DNA from: Prochlorococcus sp. AG-347-G20
GTDB taxonomy: Bacteria; Cyanobacteriota; Cyanobacteriia; PCC-6307; Cyanobiaceae
Direction: 5' to 3'
DNA length: 64,000 nt
Assembly: GCA_003281645.1 (NCBI GenBank)
Contig: QCBJ01000003.1
Span: forward strand, 17,796-81,795
Every line of letters begins with the position of its first letter. Position 1 is the stretch's first letter. The notes beneath the pieces are model-generated. The model had not been told where the DNA came from, did not search any database, and worked only from the letters and a program-made list of their open reading frames with translations. Made by a program: the position numbers and the translations under genes. Below, in pieces: positions 29,931 through 39,138 of the stretch.

Positions 29931-32687
29931 ATGACAGAGATGAATGATCAATTATCTTTAGAGAATTATTCACCTTTTGAAGTAGAGAAAAAGTGGCAAG
30001 AAAAATGGGAAAGTCTAAAGGCGTTTAGTCCTAACCCTGAGGATGATGGGGAGCCTTTTTGTGTTGTTATTCCGCCACCAAATGTAACCGGATCTTTACA
30101 TATGGGGCATGCATTTAATACGGCTTTGATAGATGTTGTAGTCCGTTTTCAAAGACTTTTAGGTAAGAATGTTTTGTGTTTACCTGGAACTGATCATGCT
30201 TCAATAGCTGTTCAAACTATTCTCGAAAAACAATTAAAAAGTGAAGGCAAAACAAGCGAGGATATTGGAAGAAATGAATTTCTTAAAAGAGCATGGAACT
30301 GGAAAGAACAAAGTGGTGGAAGAATAGTTTCTCAATTAAAAAGGATAGGATATTCAGTTGACTGGACTAGAGAAAGATTTACTCTTGATCAAAAATTAAA
30401 TGAAGCAGTTATTGAGGCTTTTAATATTCTCTATAAAAAGAATTTAATTTATAGAGGCGAATATTTGGTTAATTGGTGTCCTGAATCTCAATCTGCCGTA
30501 AGTGATCTTGAAGTTGAAATGCAAGAAGTAAATGGTCATTTATGGCATTTTAAATACCCTTTAATTTCTGAAAGTGGTGAACAGTTAGATAAGTACTTAG
30601 AAGTTGCAACAACAAGACCAGAAACTCTTTTGGGTGATACTGCTGTGGCGGTTAATCCTGATGATGATAGATATAAAGAATTTATTGGTGTCAAAGTAAA
30701 AGTTCCTTTCGTTGATAGAGAAATACCTATTATCGCTGATTCACATGTTGATAAAGATTTTGGTACTGGTTGTGTGAAGGTTACTCCAGCCCATGATCCA
30801 AATGATTTTGCAATAGGAAAAAGGCATAATTTAAAACAGATTAATGTAATGAACAAAGATGGAACTTTAAATATTAATGCAGGTATTTTTCAAAATTTAG
30901 ATAGATATGAGGCGAGAAAGAAAATTATCAAAGAATTGGATAGATTAGGCCTTTTGACAAAGATAGAGGATTATAAACATACTGTTCCTTTTTCTGATAG
31001 AGGTAAAGTGCCAATTGAACCTTTATTGTCAACACAATGGTTTTTAAAAATGGATGATATATCACAAGGATGTCTTAACGAAATTGACTCTAAAAAACCA
31101 TCGTTTATTCCTCCACGCTGGGAGAAAGTTTATAAGGATTGGTTAGAGAATATTAATGATTGGTGTATCAGTCGGCAATTGTGGTGGGGGCACCAAATAC
31201 CAGCATGGTATGTTTTAGATGAATCTCAAGACTCAATAGAACAAAATACTCCATATATCGTTGCAAGAAATGAAGAGGATGCATTAATCGAAGCTAATAA
31301 AAAATTTGGATTCAATATTAAATTGGTTCGTGATAAAGATGTTTTGGATACATGGTTTTCAAGTGGTTTATGGCCCTTCTCAACCCTTGGTTGGCCAAAT
31401 ACAAATGATCCGGATTTTAAAAAATGGTATCCAAATAGTGTTCTTGTGACTGGTTTCGATATCATTTTCTTCTGGGTGGCGAGAATGACAATGATGGGGA
31501 ATACTTTTACGAATAATATTCCTTTTAAGGATGTTTATATTCATGGTCTAGTTAGAGATGAAAACAATAAAAAAATGAGTAAAAGTTCAGGTAATGGTAT
31601 TGATCCAATACTATTAATTGATAAATATGGTTCTGATGCTCTACGATTTGCTTTAATTCGAGAAGTTGCAGGCGCTGGACAAGATATCAGGCTTGATTTT
31701 GATAGGGAAAAAGATACATCTTCAACTGTTGAAGCTTCAAGAAATTTTGCGAATAAATTATGGAATGCAACTAAATTTGTGTTAATTAATAAAACTTCTA
31801 ATAATAATTATTCGCTTAATGAGAGTGATGAAAATTCTTTAGAGTTATGTGATAAATGGATATTATCTAAATTGAATCAGGTAAATATAAAAGTCGCTAC
31901 TTTGTTGAAAGAATATAAATTGGGAGAATCTGCGAAACTTCTATATGAATTTACCTGGAATGATTATTGTGACTGGTATGTAGAATTTGCTAAACAAAGG
32001 TTTAATAATAAAGAGACTAAAAATAGAGAAATATCTGAAAAAGTTTTAATAAAAGTGCTCAATGATATTTTGGTAATGATTCATCCTTTTATGCCGCACA
32101 TTACTGAGGAACTTTGGCATGTGCTGCAATTAAAACCAGATAATGCATTATTATCTCTTCAAAAATGGCCAATGCAAGAAAATAAATTTGTTGATAATAA
32201 GCTTGATAATTCCTTTCACCAACTCTTTGAAATTATTAGGCTGATTAGAAATTTGAGAGCTGAATTAGGTCTTAAGCCATCAGAAAAAGGTCCTGTATAT
32301 TTAATTTCAGACAATGATGAATTGATTGATTTTTTAAAAACTTTAGTTGATGATATTCAAACCTTAACTAAATCTTCTGAAGTATTTATTTTTAAAACTA
32401 ATGCTGTTGATAAAAAAGAGTTTGCTAAATCTTTTTCTGGGATAATTAGTGATTTAGAGGTTTACTTACCTTTTCAGGATTTTGTAAATATAGATGCATT
32501 AAAGGAAAGGTTAACCAAGGATTTAAAAAAGGTGACTATTGAATTAGAAAATTTAAATAAGAGATTATCTAATAAAAATTTCGTTGATAAGGCACCAAAA
32601 GATATTGTTGATGAATGCAGATTTAAATTAAATGAGGGTTCGGTACAAAAGAAAAGAATTACTAAAAAACTCGAACTTTTGAATTGA
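29931..32687 (+). CDS. valS: Valine--tRNA ligase
   Basis: PPPNVTGSLHMGH, DWCISRQLWWGH, KMSKS, C-terminal coiled coil. Confidence 0.98.
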   Translation: MTEMNDQLSLENYSPFEVEKKWQEKWESLKAFSPNPEDDGEPFCVVIPPPNVTGSLHMGHAFNTALIDVVVRFQRLLGKNVLCLPGTDHASIAVQTILEKQLKSEGKTSEDIGRNEFLKRAWNWKEQSGGRIVSQLKRIGYSVDWTRERFTLDQKLNEAVIEAFNILYKKNLIYRGEYLVNWCPESQSAVSDLEVEMQEVNGHLWHFKYPLISESGEQLDKYLEVATTRPETLLGDTAVAVNPDDDRYKEFIGVKVKVPFVDREIPIIADSHVDKDFGTGCVKVTPAHDPNDFAIGKRHNLKQINVMNKDGTLNINAGIFQNLDRYEARKKIIKELDRLGLLTKIEDYKHTVPFSDRGKVPIEPLLSTQWFLKMDDISQGCLNEIDSKKPSFIPPRWEKVYKDWLENINDWCISRQLWWGHQIPAWYVLDESQDSIEQNTPYIVARNEEDALIEANKKFGFNIKLVRDKDVLDTWFSSGLWPFSTLGWPNTNDPDFKKWYPNSVLVTGFDIIFFWVARMTMMGNTFTNNIPFKDVYIHGLVRDENNKKMSKSSGNGIDPILLIDKYGSDALRFALIREVAGAGQDIRLDFDREKDTSSTVEASRNFANKLWNATKFVLINKTSNNNYSLNESDENSLELCDKWILSKLNQVNIKVATLLKEYKLGESAKLLYEFTWNDYCDWYVEFAKQRFNNKETKNREISEKVLIKVLNDILVMIHPFMPHITEELWHVLQLKPDNALLSLQKWPMQENKFVDNKLDNSFHQLFEIIRLIRNLRAELGLKPSEKGPVYLISDNDELIDFLKTLVDDIQTLTKSSEVFIFKTNAVDKKEFAKSFSGIISDLEVYLPFQDFVNIDALKERLTKDLKKVTIELENLNKRLSNKNFVDKAPKDIVDECRFKLNEGSVQKKRITKKLELLN

Positions 32688-33286
32688 GAATGAATATATT
32701 TCTTGAAAATATATATAATTTGTCTCTTTTTTTTAATACTGGAATTGGGATCTTTTCGTTTGTTTGTATTTATATTTTAATTGTTTTATTAATACTTCCA
32801 GCTTCTTGGTTATCTTTATTATCAGGTTTTTTATATGGCTCATATTTAGGATCAATTATCGTTTTCATTTCCGCTTCCATAGGTGCATCAGTTGCTTTTT
32901 TTGTATCAAAAAGTTTTTTTGCAAAAAAGCTAAAAAATCTTTTTAGCCGTTATCCAAAATTAAGTGTCATGGAAAAAGTAGTAGAAAAAGGCGGACTGAA
33001 ATTAATTTTTTTAGCGAGATTATCGCCGATATTTCCCTTCAGCATTCTTAATTATTTTTATGGTTTGAATAATGTTAAATTTAGAGACTTCGCTTTTGGT
33101 CTTTTTGGAATAATTCCAGGAACTTTTTTTTATTGCTCAATAGGTAGTTTGGCAAAAAGTATTCAGGAGTTAAAAAATGTGCAATCACCAAATAATTTAT
33201 ATATTACTAGCATTGGAATTATTTCAACTTTTTTAGTTGTATATTTCTCAGCTAAATACTCCAGAGAATATTTTGAAAAATCTTAA
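32684..33286 (+). CDS. TVP38/TMEM64 (DedA/VTT) family membrane protein
   Basis: ARLSPIFPFSILNY..G motif, GIIPGT; hydrophobic. Confidence 0.88.
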   Translation: MRMNIFLENIYNLSLFFNTGIGIFSFVCIYILIVLLILPASWLSLLSGFLYGSYLGSIIVFISASIGASVAFFVSKSFFAKKLKNLFSRYPKLSVMEKVVEKGGLKLIFLARLSPIFPFSILNYFYGLNNVKFRDFAFGLFGIIPGTFFYCSIGSLAKSIQELKNVQSPNNLYITSIGIISTFLVVYFSAKYSREYFEKS

Positions 33287-33290
33287 GAAT

Positions 33291-33443
33291 TTACTCTTTA
33301 ATATTCCAATCTCTAATTGATGCAATTAAGACAAACCACAAAAGTCTTAATTTACCTAGTAAAGTTTTGTTGGCTTCTAATTCGATATATTTTGCCTGTC
33401 CACAAGGTGTTTTTATGAAGTTGAAAACTGTTTTTTTCGTCAT
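33291..33443 (-). CDS. Small hypothetical protein, 50 aa (not in ORF track)
   Basis: Manual translation ATG 33443 to TAA 33291: MTKKTVFNFIKTPCGQAKYIELEANKTLLGKLRLLWFVLIASIRDWNIKE. Confidence 0.6.
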   Translation of the reverse strand: MTKKTVFNFIKTPCGQAKYIELEANKTLLGKLRLLWFVLIASIRDWNIKE

Positions 33444-33563
33444 AAGGCTCTCAAAAAGTCCTGATAAATATTCTTATATTCTATAGCCAAGATTTTTATT
33501 TTTTTTATTTAAAAACTACATTTTTTTTCTTTGACTACTTTGTTGAATATTATTTTTTAAAAT

Positions 33564-34892
33564 TTAAACTTTTTCTCCATCTTTAAATCCTCTAAAACAT
33601 TTAAATCTAGGAAACCTAAGACTAAAAGCCACTGCATCCTTTGACTTGGTTTTTGCATCAGCTCTGATTTCTACAAGTTGACCAACGAGATGATTACGTT
33701 TTGACCAATATTCTTCACGTTGGATATCACTAAATCCGCTTCCGCAACTAAGACTGTATTCATACCCATCATCTTCTCCTTCTACCAGGATTGCTCCCAG
33801 TCTTCCTTTGTTGCGACCTGTACCTTCCTCAACCGATATAACTTTTAAAGTGACTTCAATGAAAGGTTTTGCTTTTAACCAACTGTGTGTTCTTTTACAT
33901 TCATACATAGCATCAGGATCTTTAATCATTACTCCTTCATACCCACCTTCCACAGCAGATTTATTCAGCTCTACAAATCTTTTTTGTCCTTCAATAGTGT
34001 CGAGATCTACATTTTCCCATTCAAGTGTTTGTATATGCTTTAGAAGCATAGAATGTTTTGCTACCCATTCTTTTACTAACAAACTTCTTTTTGTTTGACT
34101 AGTATTCCATTTCCCTTTTTGAAAGTTTTCAAGGGGACATAAGTCAAATAGGTGGAGAACTGCGTCTTTGGTTTGTTTGCCATCTTTTCTATGAACCTGT
34201 TTCATTAAATCTTGAAAGTTAGCGCTCATCACTTCACCATCGAGTACTAAGTCATGAGGTGCAGGATCTTCTTTTAAGGCGTTTTCTATTTCTGAGATAA
34301 TATGACCAAAATTATGGAACTGTTTCCCATTACGAGAAAACATTTCTACTTTATTTTGTCTAATAATAGTTAAGACGCGCACACCATCTAATTTGATTTC
34401 AATTTGCTTTTTCCCTATCATCTTTTTTTCATGATTTGCACTGTCATGAGCTAAAGGACAAGAAAAAATAGGAATCGCATATTTGGGAAATTTCTTGGCT
34501 ATCTTGTTTATTGTTTTTTCAGATACACCACATCTAAGATCTTTAATTAAAACTCGTCTATAAAATCCATTCCACTCTTCTTTTGTGGCAGATTCCATAG
34601 CCGTAATAATTGCATCGCGAGCAGCGTGACCAGTAAGTTCTCTTTGAATAAGCTTATTTGCTAATTTCCTAAAATCTTTCCATAAAAAATTTTGACTTTT
34701 TTCATTCTCTTTTTCAGGAACAATTTTTACACCAAAAGTTACTAATGGATCAAGTGCCATACGAATTCCTTCAAAAAAGTCATCTAGACCTTGGTCCATT
34801 GCTTCAAAGATGATTTTTTCTTTATCTAATCTACTTGGGTGTAATTCTAATTGATGTATTATCTCTTCTTTAAACAACGCTTTTTGCCTCAT
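33564..34892 (-). CDS. ATP-dependent DNA ligase (DNA-binding, adenylation and OB domains)
   Basis: Motif I KLDGVR, III LDGE, IIIa LFD, IV EGVMIK, V WLKAK, VI LRFPRF. Confidence 0.95.
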   Translation of the reverse strand: MRQKALFKEEIIHQLELHPSRLDKEKIIFEAMDQGLDDFFEGIRMALDPLVTFGVKIVPEKENEKSQNFLWKDFRKLANKLIQRELTGHAARDAIITAMESATKEEWNGFYRRVLIKDLRCGVSEKTINKIAKKFPKYAIPIFSCPLAHDSANHEKKMIGKKQIEIKLDGVRVLTIIRQNKVEMFSRNGKQFHNFGHIISEIENALKEDPAPHDLVLDGEVMSANFQDLMKQVHRKDGKQTKDAVLHLFDLCPLENFQKGKWNTSQTKRSLLVKEWVAKHSMLLKHIQTLEWENVDLDTIEGQKRFVELNKSAVEGGYEGVMIKDPDAMYECKRTHSWLKAKPFIEVTLKVISVEEGTGRNKGRLGAILVEGEDDGYEYSLSCGSGFSDIQREEYWSKRNHLVGQLVEIRADAKTKSKDAVAFSLRFPRFKCFRGFKDGEKV

Positions 34893-34901
34893 AAGAAATT
34901 A

Positions 34902-35321
34902 TTAATTCACTTTTGCTATTCTGTCTATTTTCCAATCATTGTCAGTTTTTGCGAAAGTAAAATCTAGTGGGAGCTCATCTTGTTTATCTTCTGATTTTAA
35001 ACTCAAAGTTATAATGATTTGATCTTCTTGGACTCTAGGTCTTCCTGATTTTAAATTTCTGTATTTATTGAGGTTTAAACTTGCTAAAAATTTCAGAAAG
35101 TCTTGGCGCTTCACATGAGTTTTATAAGTTTTTGTAGTCAAACCATACGCTGCATCGATTCTGCCAGCAGCTATTTGGTCAAAAAACTTTCTTACTAATG
35201 GATTAATGCCTCTGGCGCTTATAACTAATTTGACTGCATTAAAAGTCCAAAAAGAAACAAGTACAGCTCCACCAACTAATAATGCTTTAATTCCGATATC
35301 TTTAACTAGTGTTGCATCCAT
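34902..35321 (-). CDS. Hypothetical protein with N-terminal membrane anchor and NTF2-like soluble domain
   Basis: One TM helix, then an FFDQIAAGRIDAAYGLT...DWKIDRI pattern; fold assignment is inferred. Confidence 0.65.
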   Translation of the reverse strand: MDATLVKDIGIKALLVGGAVLVSFWTFNAVKLVISARGINPLVRKFFDQIAAGRIDAAYGLTTKTYKTHVKRQDFLKFLASLNLNKYRNLKSGRPRVQEDQIIITLSLKSEDKQDELPLDFTFAKTDNDWKIDRIAKVN

Positions 35322-35406
35322 GTTGATTTAAGTTTTTTATTACTTTAAGAAAAGAAATCGTTTTTGATGGCTTTTTTTGTCAAAATAATATTATTTTTAA
35401 TCCATA

Positions 35407-35934
35407 ATGACTGTAATTCCTCTTTTACCTTTATTTCATAAATTTAATAGCCAATATTTTGAAAATTCTCTAGCTGTTAATAATCAACCTTTAGTAAAAG
35501 TTAGATGGAGTGATAATAGATTAAAAACCACCGCTGGTTTTTATAAAAGAAAAAGAATTAATGGTCTTGTAGATTCTCAAATTATCTTATCGAAACCTAT
35601 TTTGAGTAAATTATCTACTTGTGAAATAAACAGTACTTTATGTCATGAAATGATTCATGCATGGGTAGATAGGATATTAAAAAAAAATGAGATACATGGT
35701 CCAAATTTCTTAGAAAAGATGAATGAAATTAATAAAAAAGAGAAGAATTTTCAAATTTCTGTAAGGCACTCATTTCCTATTGAAAGGAGAGAATTAAAAT
35801 ACATAGGAACTTGCCAAAATTGTGGTGAGAAATTTTTTTATAGGAAAAGGATAAAGAATATTGCCTGTAAAAAATGTTGTGTAAATTTCTTTAATGGATC
35901 ATGGAATAAAAAGTGTTTAATTTTGTTTGATTAA
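35407..35934 (+). CDS. SprT-family zinc metalloprotease
   Basis: WSDNRLKTTAG, HEMIH (HExxH), HGPNF, C-terminal CxxC...CxxC zinc ribbon. Confidence 0.9.
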   Translation: MTVIPLLPLFHKFNSQYFENSLAVNNQPLVKVRWSDNRLKTTAGFYKRKRINGLVDSQIILSKPILSKLSTCEINSTLCHEMIHAWVDRILKKNEIHGPNFLEKMNEINKKEKNFQISVRHSFPIERRELKYIGTCQNCGEKFFYRKRIKNIACKKCCVNFFNGSWNKKCLILFD

Positions 35935-35992
35935 AAATATAAGATGTGTTTTTTTTTTAATGTAGTTTATGTTTTAAAAAGCATAATAATTT

Positions 35993-36556
35993 ATGGATTC
36001 AAGGAGAATTAGAAATCTTAGAAATAGTTTTGATAAAAATATTGTTGATAAACAGGTTGATAAAATTTTCGAAACTGGAAGACAATTTGTTGATGGAGTA
36101 TCTGGTGCCAGGCCAGGAAAAAGAAGGAACTCAGATTTTCAAGGAATAACAAGTAAGAGTGTTAAAAAAGTAGGAAGATGGGTATCTGAAAAAGTGGATT
36201 TATTTTTTGATGAAGACAATGATGATTGGAATGATGAGAATTTTTACGATGATAATAGGGATTTTAAGACATTTTCTAGAGAATCAAATTCTTATGAATC
36301 TGCTAAACAGCACTCAAAAAGACCTTTAGAAGCAATATCTTTAAGGCAACCAAAAAATTTACAGACAATTGAGCAAAAAAAATTACCCTACGTGAAAGAG
36401 AGTAAGGACGAAGATTGGCCAGATGAAATGGATTTCAAAGTTGAAAGATGGCAAAGAGCTTCGGAAAAAGAGATTAATACTTCGAGAGATCAATCAAATC
36501 AACAAGTTCAATCAAAATCAAGAAATCTTCCCAGATCAAGAAGAAGAAGAGTATAG
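35993..36556 (+). CDS. Conserved picocyanobacterial hypothetical protein, probably largely disordered
   Basis: GRQFVDGVSGARPG block, acidic D/W-rich middle, [11 protein letters not shown] tail. Confidence 0.7.
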   Translation: MDSRRIRNLRNSFDKNIVDKQVDKIFETGRQFVDGVSGARPGKRRNSDFQGITSKSVKKVGRWVSEKVDLFFDEDNDDWNDENFYDDNRDFKTFSRESNSYESAKQHSKRPLEAISLRQPKNLQTIEQKKLPYVKESKDEDWPDEMDFKVERWQRASEKEINTSRDQSNQQVQSKSRNLPRSRRRRV

Positions 36557-37141
36557 TTTCGTAAATTCTTTAATTCCTGAATAGCCTAATAAACTTTCTA
36601 AATGTGGATTGAATACTTCTCTAATAATTGTTAGGGGCTTTTTGTCTCGAAAAAATCTATAATTTCTTGACCAGAATGGACCTTTAAAACAAAATTGATC
36701 CTCTAACCAATTTGAATTAACAAGTGAAATTCGATCAACTTCTCTAAACAATTCTGATCTGTCTTGTGTCAAATTCTTCCAAATTGGTTCTTCTTTGGCT
36801 TTTAAATTTTCATTCACTTGTTCTGCATTCCACCAACTTTCAGCCCATGCTAGGTTTTTATTATTGTTTTTAATCCATACTTGTCTTCTAATTAAAGGTC
36901 CATTCAATTGATTTAATTCTTTAGGACCTTCTTCAATGAATAGAGGATCTACTTGCATTGAAATTAATTTAATTTTCGTCTCTTGATTAGTTAAAAGCTG
37001 TAAATGTCTAGTTGGACTTCCATCCCCAAGCAGCATTAATTTCCATGGACCAGATATTTTTGGTAATGAATTTTTCACTAAAAAAGTAGAGGCTTTTTCT
37101 TCCCATAAAATTTTTGGTGAGTTAAAAAGTTTATTATTCAG
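36536..37141 (-). CDS. Chorismate pyruvate-lyase (cyanobacterial UbiC / DUF98 / Ycf21 family)
   Basis: [21 protein letters not shown]. The ORF track starts at GTG 37078, but the frame stays open to a CTG at 37141. Confidence 0.8.
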   Translation of the reverse strand: MNNKLFNSPKILWEEKASTFLVKNSLPKISGPWKLMLLGDGSPTRHLQLLTNQETKIKLISMQVDPLFIEEGPKELNQLNGPLIRRQVWIKNNNKNLAWAESWWNAEQVNENLKAKEEPIWKNLTQDRSELFREVDRISLVNSNWLEDQFCFKGPFWSRNYRFFRDKKPLTIIREVFNPHLESLLGYSGIKEFTKLYSSSS

Positions 37142-39126
37142 TGCTCTGACGGAGTGCTTTTAAGATGATAACTTTTTTCAGCAAAAATATTTGCCTTATC
37201 TTTTTTTATCTCTCTTATTTTTAGCCAAACAAGTAAAGCAGTTAAATCAGCTTTGCTTACACCGGGAATTTTTGAAGCATCACCAAAATTTTTTGGCTTT
37301 ATCTTATTCAAATTTTCTCTAGCTTCTAAAGATAATGTATCTATCTTTTCATAATTTATTTCTTGAGGCAGAGATTTACAGCTTTGACGATTTATTTGTT
37401 CAATGTTGTTTTTTTGCCTTTTAAGATAACCCTCGTATTTAATATCTATTTCAACACCTTCCTGTATTGAAGAACCTAGATTTCTTTCATTCAAATTATA
37501 TTTAATTAGATCTGAATAATGAAAGTTTGGTCTTTTTAAGAGTTCTTTCAAAGTTGTTGAGCCTTTGATTTTCGATCCCGTTTCTAATTCTATTATTTTT
37601 GATATTTCATCGGTATTTTTTAAACGAGTATTATTTAATCTAAATTTCTCTTCTTCGAGGAGGTTCATTTTTTCTTGATAGGCCGACCATCTTTTCTCAT
37701 CAATTAGCCCTATTTGATAACCTAATGGTGTTAATCTTCTATCTGCATTATCTCCTCTGAGAGTTAACCTATATTCACTCCTACTAGTGAGAACTCTATA
37801 TGGTTCTTTGAGATCTTTGGTAATTAAATCATTGATCATTGTTCCTATATAACTGCTTTCTCTAGTGAAGATTATAGGGTCTTTTTTGTTTAGTTTTCTT
37901 GTCGCATTGACTCCTGCAACTAATCCTTGTGCTGCTGCTTCTTCATAACCAGTAGTGCCATTAATTTGTCCGGCGCTAAATAAATATTCAATTTCTTTCG
38001 TTTCGAGTGATGTTTGGAGCTGTGTTGCAGGAATATAGTCATACTCCACAGCATATGCTGGTCGCAACATTTTACATTCACCTAATCCAGGTAAGGTCCT
38101 TAAAAGTTCTAATTGAATATTTTCGGGTAAACCTGTAGAAAATCCTTGTACATATATTTCAGGGGTATTAATTCCTTCTGGTTCTAAGAAAATTTGATGT
38201 GATTCTTTATCAGCAAATTTGACGATTTTATCTTCAATTGATGGACAATATCTTGGCCCCTTACTATCAATAAAACCGCCGTAAATGGGAGTTAAATGTA
38301 AATTGTCTCTAATTAGTTGATGTGTTTTGGTAGTTGTTCTTGTGATGTGACAACTAACTTGGGGCATATTATTTTTTATATCTGGGTCAAACGAAAAATA
38401 TTTATTTGCTGCAGTACTTGGTTGAATATCTAATTCATCAAAAATGATACTTCTTTTATCAACTCTTGCTGGAGTACCTGTTTTTAAACGTTCTGTTTTG
38501 ATACCAATTTCGTGCAAATTCTCAGTAAGACCTTGTGCTGCTTGTTCGCCCGATCTTCCAGCTGACATTGATTTATTTCCTATCCATATTCTTCCTTCTA
38601 AGAACGTACCAGCTGTGATGATAACAGATCTTGCTGAATAATAACTACCAAAGAATGTTTTTACACCCTTTATTCTTTTTTTTAAGATTTTTTTTGAGTT
38701 CAATCCAATTTGTTCAGTTTTTGCAATATCCAGTTCAGTAATCATTGCTTCTTTTAAAGATAAATTATCTGTATTTTGTAGTATTTCGATCATTCTTTTT
38801 GAGTATTCTCTTTTATCTGTTTGAGCTCTTAACGCCCATACAGCTGGGCCTCTACTTGCATTTAATATTCTTTTTTGAATGGCTGTCTCATCGGCTAATT
38901 TACCAATAATTCCACCTAATGCATCAACTTCATGAACCAACTGACTTTTTGCTGGCCCCCCAACTGCAGGGTTACACGGTTGCCAAGCAATTCTATCTAA
39001 ATTTATTGTAAATAAGGCAGTAGAAAAACCTAATTTTGCTGTTGTTATAGCGGCTTCGCATCCTGCATGTCCTCCTCCAATAACGATGACGTCAAAAGAT
39101 TCATTTGTTGAGTGATGATCTTGCAT
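37138..39126 (-). CDS. mnmG: tRNA uridine-5-carboxymethylaminomethyl modification enzyme
   Basis: [52 protein letters not shown]. Confidence 0.98.
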   Translation of the reverse strand: MQDHHSTNESFDVIVIGGGHAGCEAAITTAKLGFSTALFTINLDRIAWQPCNPAVGGPAKSQLVHEVDALGGIIGKLADETAIQKRILNASRGPAVWALRAQTDKREYSKRMIEILQNTDNLSLKEAMITELDIAKTEQIGLNSKKILKKRIKGVKTFFGSYYSARSVIITAGTFLEGRIWIGNKSMSAGRSGEQAAQGLTENLHEIGIKTERLKTGTPARVDKRSIIFDELDIQPSTAANKYFSFDPDIKNNMPQVSCHITRTTTKTHQLIRDNLHLTPIYGGFIDSKGPRYCPSIEDKIVKFADKESHQIFLEPEGINTPEIYVQGFSTGLPENIQLELLRTLPGLGECKMLRPAYAVEYDYIPATQLQTSLETKEIEYLFSAGQINGTTGYEEAAAQGLVAGVNATRKLNKKDPIIFTRESSYIGTMINDLITKDLKEPYRVLTSRSEYRLTLRGDNADRRLTPLGYQIGLIDEKRWSAYQEKMNLLEEEKFRLNNTRLKNTDEISKIIELETGSKIKGSTTLKELLKRPNFHYSDLIKYNLNERNLGSSIQEGVEIDIKYEGYLKRQKNNIEQINRQSCKSLPQEINYEKIDTLSLEARENLNKIKPKNFGDASKIPGVSKADLTALLVWLKIREIKKDKANIFAEKSYHLKSTPSEH

Positions 39127-39138
39127 TTTAGGAGCGAT

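Noticed and set aside
35993-36556. RNA helicase call for this protein family
   Set aside because: No Walker A/B or DEAD/DEAH motifs; the protein is too short and low in complexity
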